From contig NC_047066.1 of the NCBI RefSeq assembly GCF_902459465.1, positions 19,468,001 through 19,532,000 on the forward strand: a DNA stretch of 64,000 bases. Reading direction: 5' to 3'. This DNA comes from Asterias rubens. Lineage: Eukaryota. A model generated the notes under the pieces. The model worked only from the letters and a program-made list of their open reading frames with translations. It was not told where the DNA came from and made no database searches. The number at the start of each line of letters is the position of its first letter. Positions within the stretch are counted from its first letter, which is position 1. A program made the position numbers and the translations under genes. This document shows positions 37,529 to 51,800 of the stretch, piece after piece.

Positions 37529-38004
37529 AAACCATCTAAAGTTATTCAGATGTATACATTGTTTATTAGTCTTTGTTGAAAGAAAGATCACTGCACTTTC
37601 AGTGTTAGAGAAAGAAAACAAGTAAAGAGAAGCAACCTTAGAAAATGTGTTCTATTTATCTGTCTTTTACCTCTCACCACTTCGAGGGAGTTGAGATCAA
37701 AGAACTTGGTCAGATGCATATAATGTTTGTTCGGGTGGTGATACGAATTATGTCAAGCCAATAATTATCTTTTTGGCGGAGGAAATTATAATGTTTGGGT
37801 TGGTGGTGGCATATGGAGTTAACTCGAGTTGTTACTTTAATCTCATTCGTGAGTGGAGCGGGCAAGGAATGGCATTGGGTGGGGTGGCTGGAGAAGCATG
37901 CTAAAAAAATATTGTCAAAACAGTCGCGGGGGCCGATCTAGCCTGAGTCGAATCGGGAGCCGAAGCCTTAGTTTCAAAAAGGGCCTACATGTAGGTGTAT
38001 ACTG

Positions 38005-38153
38005 GGTGCGTTTGATAAGCTTTCCTGGGTCGACCTCGGTGTGTGGCGGGTTTTTTTTCAGGACGAACGTGTGCAGAAAATTACCCACGGTCGTCCTGGA
38101 AAAAAACCCCGCCACACACCGGGGTCGACCCGGGGAAGCTAAACGAACGCACC
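38005..38153. mobile_element. 149-bp foldback MITE
   Basis: GGTGCGTTTGATAAGCTTTCCTGGGTCGACC.CGGTGTGTGGCGGG mirrors CCCGCCACACACCGGGGTCGACCCGGGGAAGCTAAACGAACGCACC. Confidence 0.8.
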
Positions 38154-40296
38154 TTTAGGTCTGTGGTTTGTTCCGAATCCGAAAAAGAGAGCGCCCTCTT
38201 TCTACCAGAAGAGGCCAAAGCTGTGCATTCAATTTCTGGCGCGTGTTCTGTACATATACATGTGTCCGGTGAATTTCGAGGTGGAAGGTATGGTCAACAT
38301 TTCAAGGTAATTATTCCATATTTTCTGTGTTATTCAGACTGAATATGGGCACACGAACTGTTTCAAACCAATACCTTAGTGTTGGTGATCACATAGAATG
38401 TTTTAAAGTTGTTAAGATGTTTAAAATGATTGAAAATTGGGTGATTTTCAATGCGTGTTTTGACACTTTTAGAGCGCCACAGTGACATGATACAACACAA
38501 TCCTCCTCTCAGCAGTTTTCACGGTATGATGCCCTTTTCTTTGAACTGGGAAACAAAATAATGATGCCATATATGAACCGATGCCCTAATTATCTTCATT
38601 TGTCAATATGAAGTAAGTAAACATGTTAAAACTTGATGGACATTGAAATGTTCACACCACACACCGATCTTCGATGACTTCAACTGAACTCAGAACTGGC
38701 CCCATTTGTTTCGAGTTTTTCCTGTTTTCACGGCAAACAAGAAAGCATGGTTTCCCGGTGAAGCTATACATGGAAGAAACATCTGTAGTGTCTACAAGTG
38801 ACTCTGTGTATGACTCTATTAGCCAGCATTTGTCTTCATTTTATTCAAGATATTTTTTTAGTTCAATTTTAAAAATTACCATGGTAACTTACATAAAATA
38901 ATTAAAAGTGTGAATAACTACTGGCTTTCAACCTTGATTTATATTTATTTTTATATAATTTTTTCCTTAATATTTATAATATTAAAGCGTATAAATAAAC
39001 AGTGATAATTGAATCAACAAGCTGATATTAATAACAATATTGACACGAGGGTTAAAAAATAAAAATCTCAAAAAAATGATATAAAAGGCACATGGCTTCT
39101 TTTTTTAAGCCTCTGTATTTTTTTTTCCAGAATGCTCAGCAAAATATTCAGTCACATGATTTGATCATCATGAACTGTGAATTGAAATATTGTTTGAATT
39201 TGATGAAACTTTTTCGGTGGGCAATGGCCTCAACATTACAGGTATGACATATTTTGAACCTTGTAGAAATGCCTAAAATACCAAACTTTTTGCATTTATA
39301 AGTGAAAATAACCAGTGGAGCCTTACGTGTTCCTAAGTTTTGGTCAAGGGAGAGGAGACTCTTGGCCTGGCAAATAAAACCGCACAATTTTAATCTAGGG
39401 ACAGTTTACATCGCGCACAGAGAGGTAAAAGATTTGCCACGATTTTAGGGACACCTCGAAAACAGGACCTCCTACGATACATTAGTGTTATTAGTAACCG
39501 CATGGCAAGAGTATCTGACGGACATACAATTTATAGGCACAATCATCATCACAACATTGTTAGTTATTCCTGTGATGAGAGGGAATAGTCTGCACAATTT
39601 GTACACTTAGTATATCATGATTCTACTTCTACATTAAGTTCAAGATTATCTCTTCCAACAACAAATTGATTATAATATCCCCTATTTCTTGTTGTGGGAG
39701 TTTGCCGAGTTATGGGCATGATGGGAAGATCATCTCAACTCAACAAACCAACAAACATGTTTGAATTGAATGATGATCCCTACACACACGTCCCCATCCA
39801 ATAACTTACGTATTTAATTCGTTTACAGTCTATTCTGTCGCCATCTTGAAAACAAAATCAAAACAATCCCATCATGCATCTTGACATGGAAAACGGATGT
39901 AAAGCCGAAGGAGCTTCAAAATTATAATAAATGTGTACGGAGTCTCAGGTTTCTGACAAAATTCTCAAAATACAAAATGTGCCCGTTCAAAAATGTAGTG
40001 CCCGGACAAAGTCATCAACGCGGGCAAAATCGTCACCGCCTGGAAAAAGGAAAAAAAATTGCAAAAAATTACGTCTGATGAACACAAACTATGGATGTTG
40101 AAACAAACAGCACGGTTAAAACACCTAATGCAAGAACGATCGGCAGAAAGCAGTGAAGTTAACTACTCGACTTGTCACACTTTAAATAGTCGCAACAATG
40201 ATACTAGTCGCAACTTATTTTTTGTTAATTATTCTCAAGATGCATTGTGGCAATGTTTGAAACAGGAGCAAATATAAAAACATTCAAGCAAAATGA

Positions 40297-40592
40297 ATGG
40301 GCCATATTTTTGACCGCGTGAGGGCGCTCTCAATCACTTCCGGGGGTATATTCATTCATACCCAAAACAATTTTTAAAGATTGGAACACATTATAACCAC
40401 AGACATCTAATCCATCACAGACAATAAGACTTTTAAAGGAGCCGTTATAATCCACCTCTAAAGCAAATTGAAACTACGGCGCAACAAAAGTGACAGAACG
40501 CCTATTAATTTGTGCAGGGCGAATCGCGTGTACCCCCGGAAGTGATCAAAATACTATTTATAGCGCCCTCGCGCGGTCAAAAATAAGGGGCA
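40297..40592. mobile_element. MITE of about 300 bp with long inverted ends
   Basis: ATTTTTGACCGCGTGAGGGCGCT..TCACTTCCGGGG mirrors CCCCGGAAGTGA..AGCGCCCTCGCGCGGTCAAAAAT. Confidence 0.75.
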
Positions 40593-40699
40593 TTTAAGGA
40601 TTGTGTCACTGATGTCTGATTGTGTTTTGTAAGTAAATTATGATGTCGTGAGCGACACAACTGGTTTGCACCAAAGTAGTCGTGACCATTAAGAACTGG

Positions 40700-43390
40700 T
40701 CAATCATGGTAAGATTCATACACTGCTTTGTGTCTGAGGTCTTAGCCATCGTCGAATGCTGCTGTCTCCTCCCGGCTAAACATTCTTGTAAAAATACCAT
40801 GACAGTTTTTTTTGTTTATGAGCTTGTGTTTCATTACTTGTTAAGCTAACTATAGCATTGTATTGTTCTTTGTTTGCATGATACAGGAAGACTTTCATCT
40901 CCGAAGAGATCCAGCCATCAAATAATGATGAGGCCGAATGATGATGAGACCTGAAAAATGATAAGCTTCCAACATGGATGTACAGCATCTGGTAAATGAA
41001 CTGCTCTCTTCCTTAAACAAGGTTAGTTCATAAAAGATTTCATCATTTATTTTTTGGATCATAATTTTGTATGGTAGTCCAACCTAAGCTTGGGCAAGTT
41101 CACGATATTATTATAATATTATTTCTGAGGGTTGGTGTCTGTTTGTGATAATTTTTCCCGTAAAACTCACATAAATAGTTTCTAAGATTTCTGAGGCTTG
41201 TTGTCCGTGTAAGAATGCTGCTGTCATCCCTGCTAAACATTCTTGTGAATTTACCATGACAGTTTTGTTGTTATCTTAAACTACTTGGGCTTGTGTTTCA
41301 TAACTTGTTAAGGTAACTATATAATTATATAGTCTTTGTTTGCATGATACAGGACAACTTTCATCTACGAGAGATCCAGCCTTGAACTGATGAGACCTAA
41401 TGATGATGAGACCTGAAAAATGATAAGCTTCAGACAGCGATGTGCAGTGTCTGGTAAATGAACCGCTCTCTCCCAGGTTAGTTAATAAAAGATTTCATCA
41501 TTTATTTTTGGTATCATAATTTCTTAAGGTAGTCCAACCTAAGTTTGGGCGATATCACAATATTTTTTTAAAAATCGCAAGAATTGTTTCTCTTTTTTCT
41601 GGGGCTGGTGTCCGTTTGTGAGCTGGTGCCAGAGATGTGGCTGTCTTCTCACTGCTAATTGAGTTCTCCTTGTGAAAATCTTTTTGAATTCTATGAATTT
41701 TCACCCCACAACAATTCATGCAAGAACAGTTTTCTCAGATTTTTAAGGGGTTGGTGTCATTCAAGAGTGCTGCTGCTAGCTGCTGTATGTGGATGGACAA
41801 AAAACTAAACTTTCTTGTGAAAATACCCAAACAGTTTTGTTATCTCAAACTACTTTAGCTTGTGTTTCTTTACTTGTTAAGCTAACTATAGCATTGTCTT
41901 GTTTTTTGTTTGTATGATACAGGACGACTTTCATCTCCGAAGAGATCCAGCCATCAAGTGATGAGACCTCATGATGATGAGACCTGATTAATGATTAGCT
42001 TCAGACAGCGATGTGCAGAACTCAGTCTGGTAAATGAACTGCTCTCTCCCGTAAAAAAGGTTAGTTCATAAAAGATTTCATCATTTATTTTTTGGATCAT
42101 TATTTCTTATGGTAGCCCAACCTAAGCTTAAGCGATACCAAGATTATTAAAAATTGCAAGAATTGCTTCTCATATCTGATGGTTGGTGTCTGTTTGTGAA
42201 CTGGTGCCAGGGATGTGGTTGGTACCCGCTGTCTCCTCACTGCTAATTGCGTTCTCCTTCTGAAAATACCATGACAGTTTTTTTAAAAGGATTGCTTTTC
42301 GCATTTCGTTAGTTTTCAGTCCACAACATTTCATTCTGATTTTAAACAATCCATGCATGAATAGTTTCTCAGATTTTTGAGGGTCGGCGTCATTCACAAA
42401 TGCCGCTGTTAACTGTGGATGGACAAAAAAGGTCAACTCTCTTGTTAAAAGTTTTGTTATTTATCTCAACCTACTCTCCCTTGTGTGTCTTTAAGCAAAA
42501 TTATTACTTAATTGTTCTTTATTTGGATAATTCAGGACGACTTTCATCTCCGAAGACATCTAGCCATCAAGTGATGAGACCTATATGATGCTGAAACCTG
42601 AAAAATGATTAGCTTCAAACAATGAAATGTTCTCTCCCTTCAAAAAAGGTTCGTTCATAAAATATTTCATCAATTATATTTTTTAGTATAATTTCTTTTG
42701 GTAGTTCCACCTAAGCTTGACGATAGCACGATACTATTTCTCTTACATCTGAGGGTTAGTGTCTGTTTGTGAATTGGTGCCAGAGGTAACATCTAAATGT
42801 ATTATATGGTGCCAGAGCTGTTGTTGGTACCCGCTGTCTCCTCACTGCTAGTTGCATTCTCTTTGTGAAAATACCATGACAGTTTTTTTTTAAAGGATTA
42901 CTTTTCGAATTCTGTTACTTTTTACCCTACAACATTTCATTCTGATTTTAAACAAAATGGTTTCTCAGATTTTGGAGGGGTTGGTGGCATTCGCGAATGC
43001 TGCTTCAACTGATAACATTCTTGTAAAAATACCACAACAGTTTTGTTGTTTTTCTCAAACTACATGTACTTTACCTGGTATTTCATTACTACAACATATT
43101 ATTGTTCTTTTTTTGCATGATACAGGTCAACTTTCATCTCCAAAGACATCTAGCCATCAGGTGATGAGACATAATGATGCTAAGACACACCTGAAAAATG
43201 ATTAGCTTCAAACTTCGACGTAGAGTGTCTGGTAAATGAACCGCTCTCTATTCCTTAAAAAAGGTTAGTTTCAAAAATATTTCATCCAGCCTAAGCTTGG
43301 ACGATATCACGAAACTATTGTAAATCACAAGAACTGTTTCTCTTATATCTGAGGGTTGGCATACTGTTTCCAACATGTCCTTCCGTGTGT
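40700..43390 (+). repeat. Degenerate tandem array of 470-620 bp units (5 copies), continuing at about 46310-47230
   Basis: Recurrent core ACTTTCATCTCCGAAGA.ATC.AGCCATCA..TGATGAGACC near 40890, 41355, 41925, 42540, 43130 and 46568. Confidence 0.85.
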
Positions 43391-43800
43391 GTGTGTGCAT
43401 GGTGGTTGGTGTTGTGATTTGTGTGTGTGTACGTGCGTGCATTAGGATATGTGTACAGGTTATGACTTAGAAGACTCAAAACTGTTCATGTGGATTGGTC
43501 TTGTGAACGCCCCCCCCCCCCCCTCCCCTGGTCTGTCCTTATATTGGACTATAGGCCAACACATTTGTCATGGCTAAAACAAAGTAAATGTTGTCTGAGC
43601 AATATTTCTAGAAGTACATGTACTCGTAGTATCAACTCCAAACTTGGTTTGTGGATTGGTCTTTGTTTTTGGATTGGTCTGTGGACCCCCCCCCCCCCCC
43701 CACCCCACCCAAGAAGCTTATTGCTTTTGGACCCTAGGCCAAACTTTTAGGTCATTATGACTAAAACAAAAAGAATGTTGCCTGCCTACCATACTACCCA

Positions 43801-45670
43801 CTCTGCCTTCCCTCACACCTTCTCACCTATCCTTCCCCACTCCGTTTTCCCAGCTCTGCCTTCCCTCACACCTTCTCACCTATCCTTCCCCACTCCGTTT
43901 TCCCAGCTCTGCCTTCCCTCACACCTTCTCACCTATCCTTCCCCACTCCGTTTTCCCAGCTCTGCCTTCCCTCACACCTTCTCACCTATCCTTCCCCACT
44001 CCGTTTTCCAAGCTCTGCCTTCCCTCACACCTTCTCACCTATCCTTCCCCACTCCGTTTTCCCAGCTCTGCCTTCCCTCACACCTTCTCACCTTCTCACC
44101 TATCCTTCCCCACTCCGTTTTCCCAGCTCTGCCTTCCCTCACACCTTCTCACCTATCCTTCCCCACTCCGTTTTCCCAGCTCTGCCTTCCCTCACACCTT
44201 CTCATCTATCCTTCCCCACTCCGTTTTCCAAGCTCTGCCTTCCCTCACACCTTCTCACCTATCCTTCCCCACTCCGTTTTCCCAGCTCTGCCTTCCCTCA
44301 CACCTTCTCACCTATCCTTCCCTACTCCGTTTTCCCAGCTCTGCCTTCCCTCACACCTTCTCACCTATCCTTCCCCACTCCGTTTTCCCAGCTCTGCCTT
44401 CCCTCACACCTTCTCACCTATCCTTCCCCACTCCGTTTTCCCAGCTCTGCCTTCCCTCACACCTTCTCACCTATCCTTCCCCACTCCGTTTTCCCAGCTC
44501 TGCCTTCCCTCGCACCTTCTCACCTATCCTTCCCCACTCTGTTTTCCCAGCTCTACCTTCCCTCACACCTTCTCACCTATCCTTCCCACTCCGTTTTCCC
44601 AGCTCTGCCTTCCCTCACACCTTCTCACCTATCCTTCCCCACTCCGTTTTCCCAGCTCTGCCTTCCCTCACACCTTCTCACCTATCCTTCCCCACTCCGT
44701 TTTCCCAGCTCTGCCTTCCCTCACACCTTCTAACCTATCCTTCCCCACTCCGTTTTCCCAGCTCTGCCTTCCCTCACACCTTCTCACCTATCCTTCCCCA
44801 CTCCGTTTTCCCAGCTCTGCCTTCCCTCACACCTTCTCACCTATCCTTCCCCACTCCGTTTTCCCAGCTCTGCCTTCCCTCACACCTTCTCACCTATCCT
44901 TCCCCACTCCGTTTTCCCAGCTCTGCCTTCCCTCACACCTCCTCACCTATCCTTCCCCACTCCGTTTTCCCAGCTCTGCCTTCCCTCACACCTTCTCAGC
45001 TATCCTTCCCTACTCCGTTTTCCCAGCTCTGCCTTCCCTCACACCTTCTCACCTATCCTTCCCCACTCCGTTTTCCCAGCTCTGCCTTCCCTCACACCTC
45101 CTCACCTATCCTTCCCCACTCCGTTTTCCCAGCTCTGCCTTCCCTCACACCTTCTCACCTATCCTTCCCCACTCCGTTTTCCCAGCTCTGCCTTCCCTCA
45201 CACCTCCTCACCTATCCTTCCCCACTCCGTTTTCCCAGCTCTGCCTTCCCTCACACCTCCTCACCTATCCTTCCCCACTCCGTTTTCCCAGCTCTGCCTT
45301 CCCTCACACCTTCTCACCTATCCTTCCCCACTCCGTTTTCCCAGCTCTGCCTTCCCTCACACCTTCTCACCTTCTCACCTATCCTTCCCCACTCCGTTTT
45401 CCCAGCTCTGCCTTCCCTCACACCTTCTCACCTATCCTTCCCCACTCCGTTTTCCCAGCTCTGCCTTCCCTCACACCTTCTCACCTATCCTTCCCCACTC
45501 CGTTTTCCCAGCTCTGCCTTCCCTCACACCTTCTCACCTATCCTTCCCCACTCCGTTTTCCCAGCTCTGCCTTCCCTCACACCTTCTCACCTATCCTTCC
45601 CCACTCCGTTTTCCCAGCTCTGCCTTCCCTCACACCTTCTCACCTATCCTTCCCCACTCATCTTTCCCAG
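43801..45670 (+). repeat. 53-bp minisatellite, about 35 near-identical copies, strongly pyrimidine-rich on +
   Basis: Unit CTCTGCCTTCCCTCACACCTTCTCACCTATCCTTCCCCACTCCGTTTTCCCAG. Confidence 0.97.
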
Positions 45671-45930
45671 CCTTCTACCCTACCCACTTTGACAATGATT
45701 AAATCTCCTTTAAAAACAAATGTAATGCAGAAAGGTTAGAAATGGGGGGGGGGTGGTTGTAGTGTGTATAAGTGTTTTCACCCTTTGGTCTTTGCAACCT
45801 ACATGGCAGAGTTACCGCAGAACAACACTGCACAACACTGGCTAAGATTATTGGTGAAAAAAAAACCAACACTGTTCTACATGTGTCAAATGTCAAGAAA
45901 CAGACTGGCTAGCAGGGCATTTGCGTTTAT

Positions 45931-46309
45931 AAAAGACACTGGACACTATTGATATTGTCAGAGACAAGTCTTCACAGTTGGTGTATCTCAACACGCATAA
46001 TATAAATATAACAAACCTGTGAACATTTGAGCTCGATTGGTCGTTGAAGTTGCAAAAAAGAAAAAACACCCTTGTTGCACCAAGGTCACACAAAGTTGTG
46101 TGCTTTCAGATGCTTACTTTCGAGAACTCAAATGCTAAATATGAGGTCTGGAAATCAAATTACTTCTTTCTTGAAAACTAAGTCACTTCAGAGGGAGCTG
46201 TTTCTCACAAAGTTTTATACTATCAACCTCTCCCAATTGCTTGTAATCAAGAAAGGTTTTATGCTAATAGTTATTTTGAATAATTACCTATAGTGTCCAC
46301 TGCCTTTAA
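45931..46309 (-). mobile_element. MITE of the same TTAA-ended family as 19558-19945
   Basis: Ends AAAGACACTGGACACTATTG and TAGTGTCCACTGCCTTTAA; shared internal sequence. Confidence 0.75.
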
Positions 46310-48528
46310 ACACACCTTTTCTTGTTTAAAGGATTGCTTTTCGAATTCTGTTTTTACCCTACAACATTTCATTCTGTTTTTAAACAACATGTATTCACGC
46401 ATGAATATTTTAGCAGATTTCAGAGAGTTGTTGTCCATGTCTCCTTGCTGCAAAACGAGGATGGATAACATTTTTGTGAAAATACCACAACATTTTTGTT
46501 GTTTATCTTTACCTTGTGTTTCAATACTATAACATAATATTGTTCTTTTTTTGCCTGATACAGGTCGACTTTCATCTCCGAAGACATCTAGCAATCAAGT
46601 GGTGAGGCCTAATGACGCAGAGACCAGAACAATGATCAGCTTCAAACATCGACGTTCTTTCCCATCAACTGTTCTTTCCCTTAATAAAAGGTTAGTTCAT
46701 AAAATATTTCATCATTTATTTTTGTTTTTATGTATTCACATGGTAGTTTAACGTTACACTGGGTGAATATCATAATACTATTGAAAATCTCAAGAATCGT
46801 TTCTCTGTCCGTTTGTAAATTGGTGCCAGAGCTGTGATTGGTACCTGCTGTCTCATCACTGCTGATTGTATTCTCCTTGTGAGAATACCATGACAGTTTT
46901 TCAAAGGATAGCTTTTCGAATTCTGTTATGTTGTACCCTACAACACTTCATTCTGATTTAAAACAATTCATGCATGAATAGTTTCTCAGATTTTTCGGGA
47001 TTGGTTTCAGCCGCAAATGTTGCTGCTAACTGGATGGAAAAAGAATCAACCTTCTTGAGAAAATACCAAAGTAGTTTTTTTTTAAAGGGTTGCTTTATTT
47101 CTAATGAATTTTTACCCTAGAACATTTCATTCTGATTTACAACTCATACATGAATAGATTCTCAATTCGTGTAGGATTACTGTCAGTGTGTTAATGCAGC
47201 TGTCTCCTCGCTTGTGAAAACATGATGAAAATTTTGTTATTTTTTTCAAACAATTCGAGCTTGATTCCACATTCAAGAGTATGGTCATCTGGTACTATTA
47301 AGGATCGAGGTAGTCACCTCATGGACCGATCTAATTAAATACGCACAGATAGAGATTGGTCTGCCATGTGCAGAAGACACTTTAAATGTGTTTGTGTCAC
47401 TAATAGGTCCAAATATTTTCACCCCATGGTTGGACAGAACACCTGAAAGAAGTATACCTCAACTCAATTTTCAGTGTCAATTTTTATTTTATTTTACTGC
47501 TTGCTTTGTGAAATGTTGAAATTTGATGACTTCAAAAATCGATCCAAGTACAATGTACATGTATCGTCAAATTTTTGCAATACTTTCTTGCTGATATATC
47601 ACGGGTGAAAAAAGCGACTTTGCTCGAGCCTAGTTCCACCTATCGAAGTTCATTTAGTAGGCCTATAACCAGGAGTTGGGGAAGGGACCCCCCCCCCAAC
47701 AAAGGGGGTGGGGATAAATAAATTGAAGAAACAACCCCAAGGCAGTAAACAAAATTATGCATGTGTTTACTTATATATTCCTTTCTTCTTTAAGGGTTCA
47801 AACACCCGTATATGAATGTTTATTTTGTTTTTTTTCTACAGTTATGTTACTGAAACCTAATCTGACCGTTGGAAAGCTGTTATATATTAGTCATTCATTT
47901 ACCAAGCTCTAGTTGAACAGAGTACATTCAAGACAGATAAAGGCCTCTATGTCGTAAATGTTGATACTTGTTTGACTTAATGTAAACGAAGTTCCATTTG
48001 TTGTTATTTTGAAGGTGTGCCATCTGTTGATGATACCAAGCTGTCAACGAGAAGGGGATTTCACCAGTCTACCAATCAGCAATTTACTAGGTGTGTGAGG
48101 TTTACTACGGAACAGAGGTATATTCAAAACCTGTGGGTTTCATCACCCATGTTTTACACTAACATCAAAAAGTGGGCTGTTTTTGCAGCACTATACAAGC
48201 GCCACCCCTACGCCACATGCCACAACATTCTGGGGACTTCATGCAGGCACCAGCCTAACCCAGATGAATGGTTGACCCTACAGATTAATTACAGACATGA
48301 ACATTGAAAACATGTTTTTATTAACACCATTTGTATTTATAGAAAAGCATTGTTTAAAATTCCATTTATTAAATTATTGAACTATTCCATGTAACTATTA
48401 TTAATATTTTTTGCTGAACATCTCACATCTTTCATGACTGAAAGCATTCATCCATTCGAGTTTGAATTAGGCAATTTGATGTTTGTTTTAATTTATTTAA
48501 ACTAGAGTTTGATTTACACAGTTTTAAT

Positions 48529-48904
48529 AAAAGGCACTTGACACCATTTTTAATTACTCAAAATAATTGTTCGCATAAAAACATACTTGGTAACAAGCAA
48601 TGGGGAGCTGTTGATAGTATAAAACATTGTGAGAAACAGCTTCCTCTGAAGTAACATAGTTTTTGAGAAAGAAGTAGTTTTCCGCGAATTTGATTTTGTG
48701 ACTTCAGAATTAGATTTTGAGGTCCCGAAATAAAGCATCTGAAAGCACACAACTTCGTGTGACAAGGTTTTTTTTTTTTTCATTATTATCTCGCAAATAC
48801 AACGACCAATTGAGCTCAAATTTTCACATTTGTGATTTTATGTTGAGATACAGCAAGTGAGAAGGATGGTCTTTGACAATTATCAATAGTGTCCAATGTC
48901 TTTG
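48529..48904 (+). mobile_element. MITE of the same TTAA-ended family
   Basis: TAAAAGGCACTTGACACCATTTTTAATTACTCAAAATAA...CAATAGTGTCCAATGTCTTTGA; aligns to 19558-19945. Confidence 0.75.
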
Positions 48905-50759
48905 ATCCATTATTTTAGGAGTAATCACTAAGAAAACAGAAACATAATTGGTTAGTTTTAGTATTGTAATTCTTTATCAACATGGGAAACATTGAATTTG
49001 TCACATGGATACATTTACTTGTTGCCAATGCCACTAAGAGACCGATCCATTAAGCTCAACCCCGTTGCGTATTGACCAATCTCAACCCACGAACAACCAC
49101 AGGTCTGACACTATAAAGTCCGACATGTGTGCGCGTATGCTTGGCGCGCGCAGCACAGTTGTGCAGAATAGCAATGGAGAGGCTTATGTGTTCTTGCTCA
49201 CTCGTTCGCTGTGGGCGGAGCCTAATGGATCAATGTATAGTCGATTTGGGTGAACCCTTTTATAGAAAACAGTCTCTAAAGGGTTTACAGTATAAGGTTC
49301 ATCCCATTGCTGTTGTTAAGTCTAGATAAATGCTCTTTTTAAAATCTCTGTCGCAGTACTTTTTGCAAACAAAGACACCCCCTGTAATGTTTTGACTGTA
49401 AAGCATGGGTAGTATGATAGTCTAATTAATAGCTGTGTGGTTACAATATCTGTCCAATCTTTTCAAAAAAGCTGTAAAGTTTTGAACGATTTATACTCAT
49501 TGCATCATTGCAATTGAAGTCAAATTATTGTTCTGGGCCCAATTTCATAGGGCTGCTTAGCGGCAAATCTTGTGCTAACTGCGAGATTTCAATTTCATAG
49601 CACTGCTAACCCTGAGCACACAAAATGGTGTGCTCACCTTCCGGAGCGTTTGGTGAACCCACATTCTGGCCCCCTAATTTTTCTGCTATCCAGTGAAACA
49701 CGCTTGCACATAAGCCAATTTTTATACTACAGTAAGCACATTTGCTTACTGTTAAGCATTGCTAAGAAATTGGGCACTAGGCAACAGCTGGTTGATGATA
49801 TTAATCAGGCTGCACTACCGAGAGCATAGTGCTATTGTTATTACCAATGAATGACACAGAATGCACTTATTTTCTTAACGAACACCCTTTTACAAAGTTT
49901 AATATCAAGTACTCGATATCAAGTACATAGAAACCTCAAAATGGTTCCTGGGTCTAGTGTTCAACTGTTTATTGCTGGACACAGTTAATTATGGTAAATG
50001 GTATGTTGTAAATTGTGCTATGTAAAAGGTAGACAATAATGTAGATAACCATGTAAGTGTTATAAGTAAGCCAAGTAAAGTAGTGTTAGAATTTAAAGAC
50101 TAAGGAACTGCATTTTGAAGAAAACGATAGAAGGTGTCATTTGAATTAAGCGAACTCAAAAACTATGAAGGAAAACCGACATTTTTAATATTACATTTTG
50201 GTATAGTTTCTTGACAGTAACACCTAAGTTGTTGAAAATTTCACAGATTCGATTAGATCAAACAGCAATAATTTGTTTCTATTCAAGAATTTCTAAGGAA
50301 AGCGTACACAATCCCAAACATATTAATATCTAGAAGAAGTTTTGCTTGGTGAAAAAAAAGGAATTCAAAAGTCTACAAAATCTGTGTCAAACTATTAGTG
50401 GGTAAAACAGTTTAGCAGTGTAGTTTAACATAACTCAAAGAACATTGTAAACAATAAGGCTCGTTCAATTACAGTAAATTTATTGTTCCTATACTAATAA
50501 TGTTAAATTTGTATTATTGAGAATATATTTAGTGTTGAGTCAAATAAAATGATTCTATACATATAACAGAAGAAAAATGCCTTGAATTGCTTATTGTATG
50601 TGATTTTACTGTACAAGAAATGTGTTATGGTTTCAATACGCAATACAAAAGAAATCAGTTCTTTATTTTAAGGAAACTCACTTTCACCCTACCCAAAATC
50701 ACAACTACACTTCTCTACAAAAACAGTTCACTAAAATTTTTTTTTAAATTTGAAAAGTG

Positions 50760-51800
50760 AAAGGTCCTTTAAAATAGTTTGAAATTCTCCTTTAAGTCAA
50801 TTCAACCCTAAATAGTAGTCTCTCGAACCCACGCTACATTAATCAATTGAGTACAATATAAAACCTTATTTATGCCTTTAAATTTGTTTATTGTAAGAAA
50901 AAACTCCTTTAAAATAGTTTAAACTGTCCCTTTAAGTCAATTCCGCCATATTGAGTATTCATATGATCCCATAAAACCATAAATCATTTAATACATTTAA
51001 AAACCTTCTGAACCACCCAATAATCACTTCACTACAAAATGTATCTTTAAATATGTTTTTAAAGTAAAAGGCTCTTTAAAATAGTTTGAACTTCTCCTTT
51101 AAGTCAAATCAACCATAAATAGTAGTCTCATGAACCCACACAACATTAATCCATCGAATACCTTTAAAAAACTCATTTAAAGTAATTTGAACTGTCCCTT
51201 TAAGTCAATTCCGCCATATAGAGTCTTATAAACCCATAAAACCATAAATCATTTCATACATTTAAAAACCTTATTAACCAACCCAATAATCACTTCACTA
51301 CAAAATATACCTTTAAATTTGTTTTTAAAGTAAAAGGCCCTTTAAAATAGTGTGAGTAATATACATTTAAAAATATTCCTTTAAATTTGTTTACTGTAAA
51401 AAAAAACTCCTTTAAACTAATTTGAACTGTCCCTTTAACTCAACTCCGCCATGTAAAGTAGTCTTTTGAACCAATAATACCTAAAATCATTTAATACCTT
51501 TAAAATCTTCTAACCACCAATACAGCCCACACTACAAAACATACACCTTTAAACTCGTTTGAATAGTGACCAATATCCTACAATACTTTGAAACAAGTTG
51601 AAATTCCCATTTTAGTCAATTCAACCATTAAAGAGTTGTCTTTTGAACCAATAAAACCATAAATCATTTAATACCTTTAAAATCTGCTAAACACTAATAC
51701 AGCCCTTCACTACAAAACATACACCTTTAAACTCGTTTGAATAGTGACCAATATCCTACAATACTTTAAAACAAGTTGAAATTCCCCTTTAGTCAATTCT
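50760..51800 (+). repeat. AT-rich degenerate satellite, units of roughly 140-180 bp
   Basis: Recurrent TTTAAAATAGTTTGAA..CT.CCTTTAAGTCAATTC and AAATCATTTAATAC.TTTAAAA blocks. Confidence 0.75.

Noticed and set aside
40930-42000. TGATGA/CTGA motifs suggesting C/D snoRNAs, and CTGATGA suggesting a hammerhead ribozyme
   Set aside because: No terminal D box with closing stem at proper spacing, and no stem II plus GAAA core could be built.
43757-45739. 660-aa ORF, the longest in the window
   Set aside because: Produced by the 53-bp minisatellite; the purine-poor + strand cannot form stops and the peptide simply cycles through all three frames.
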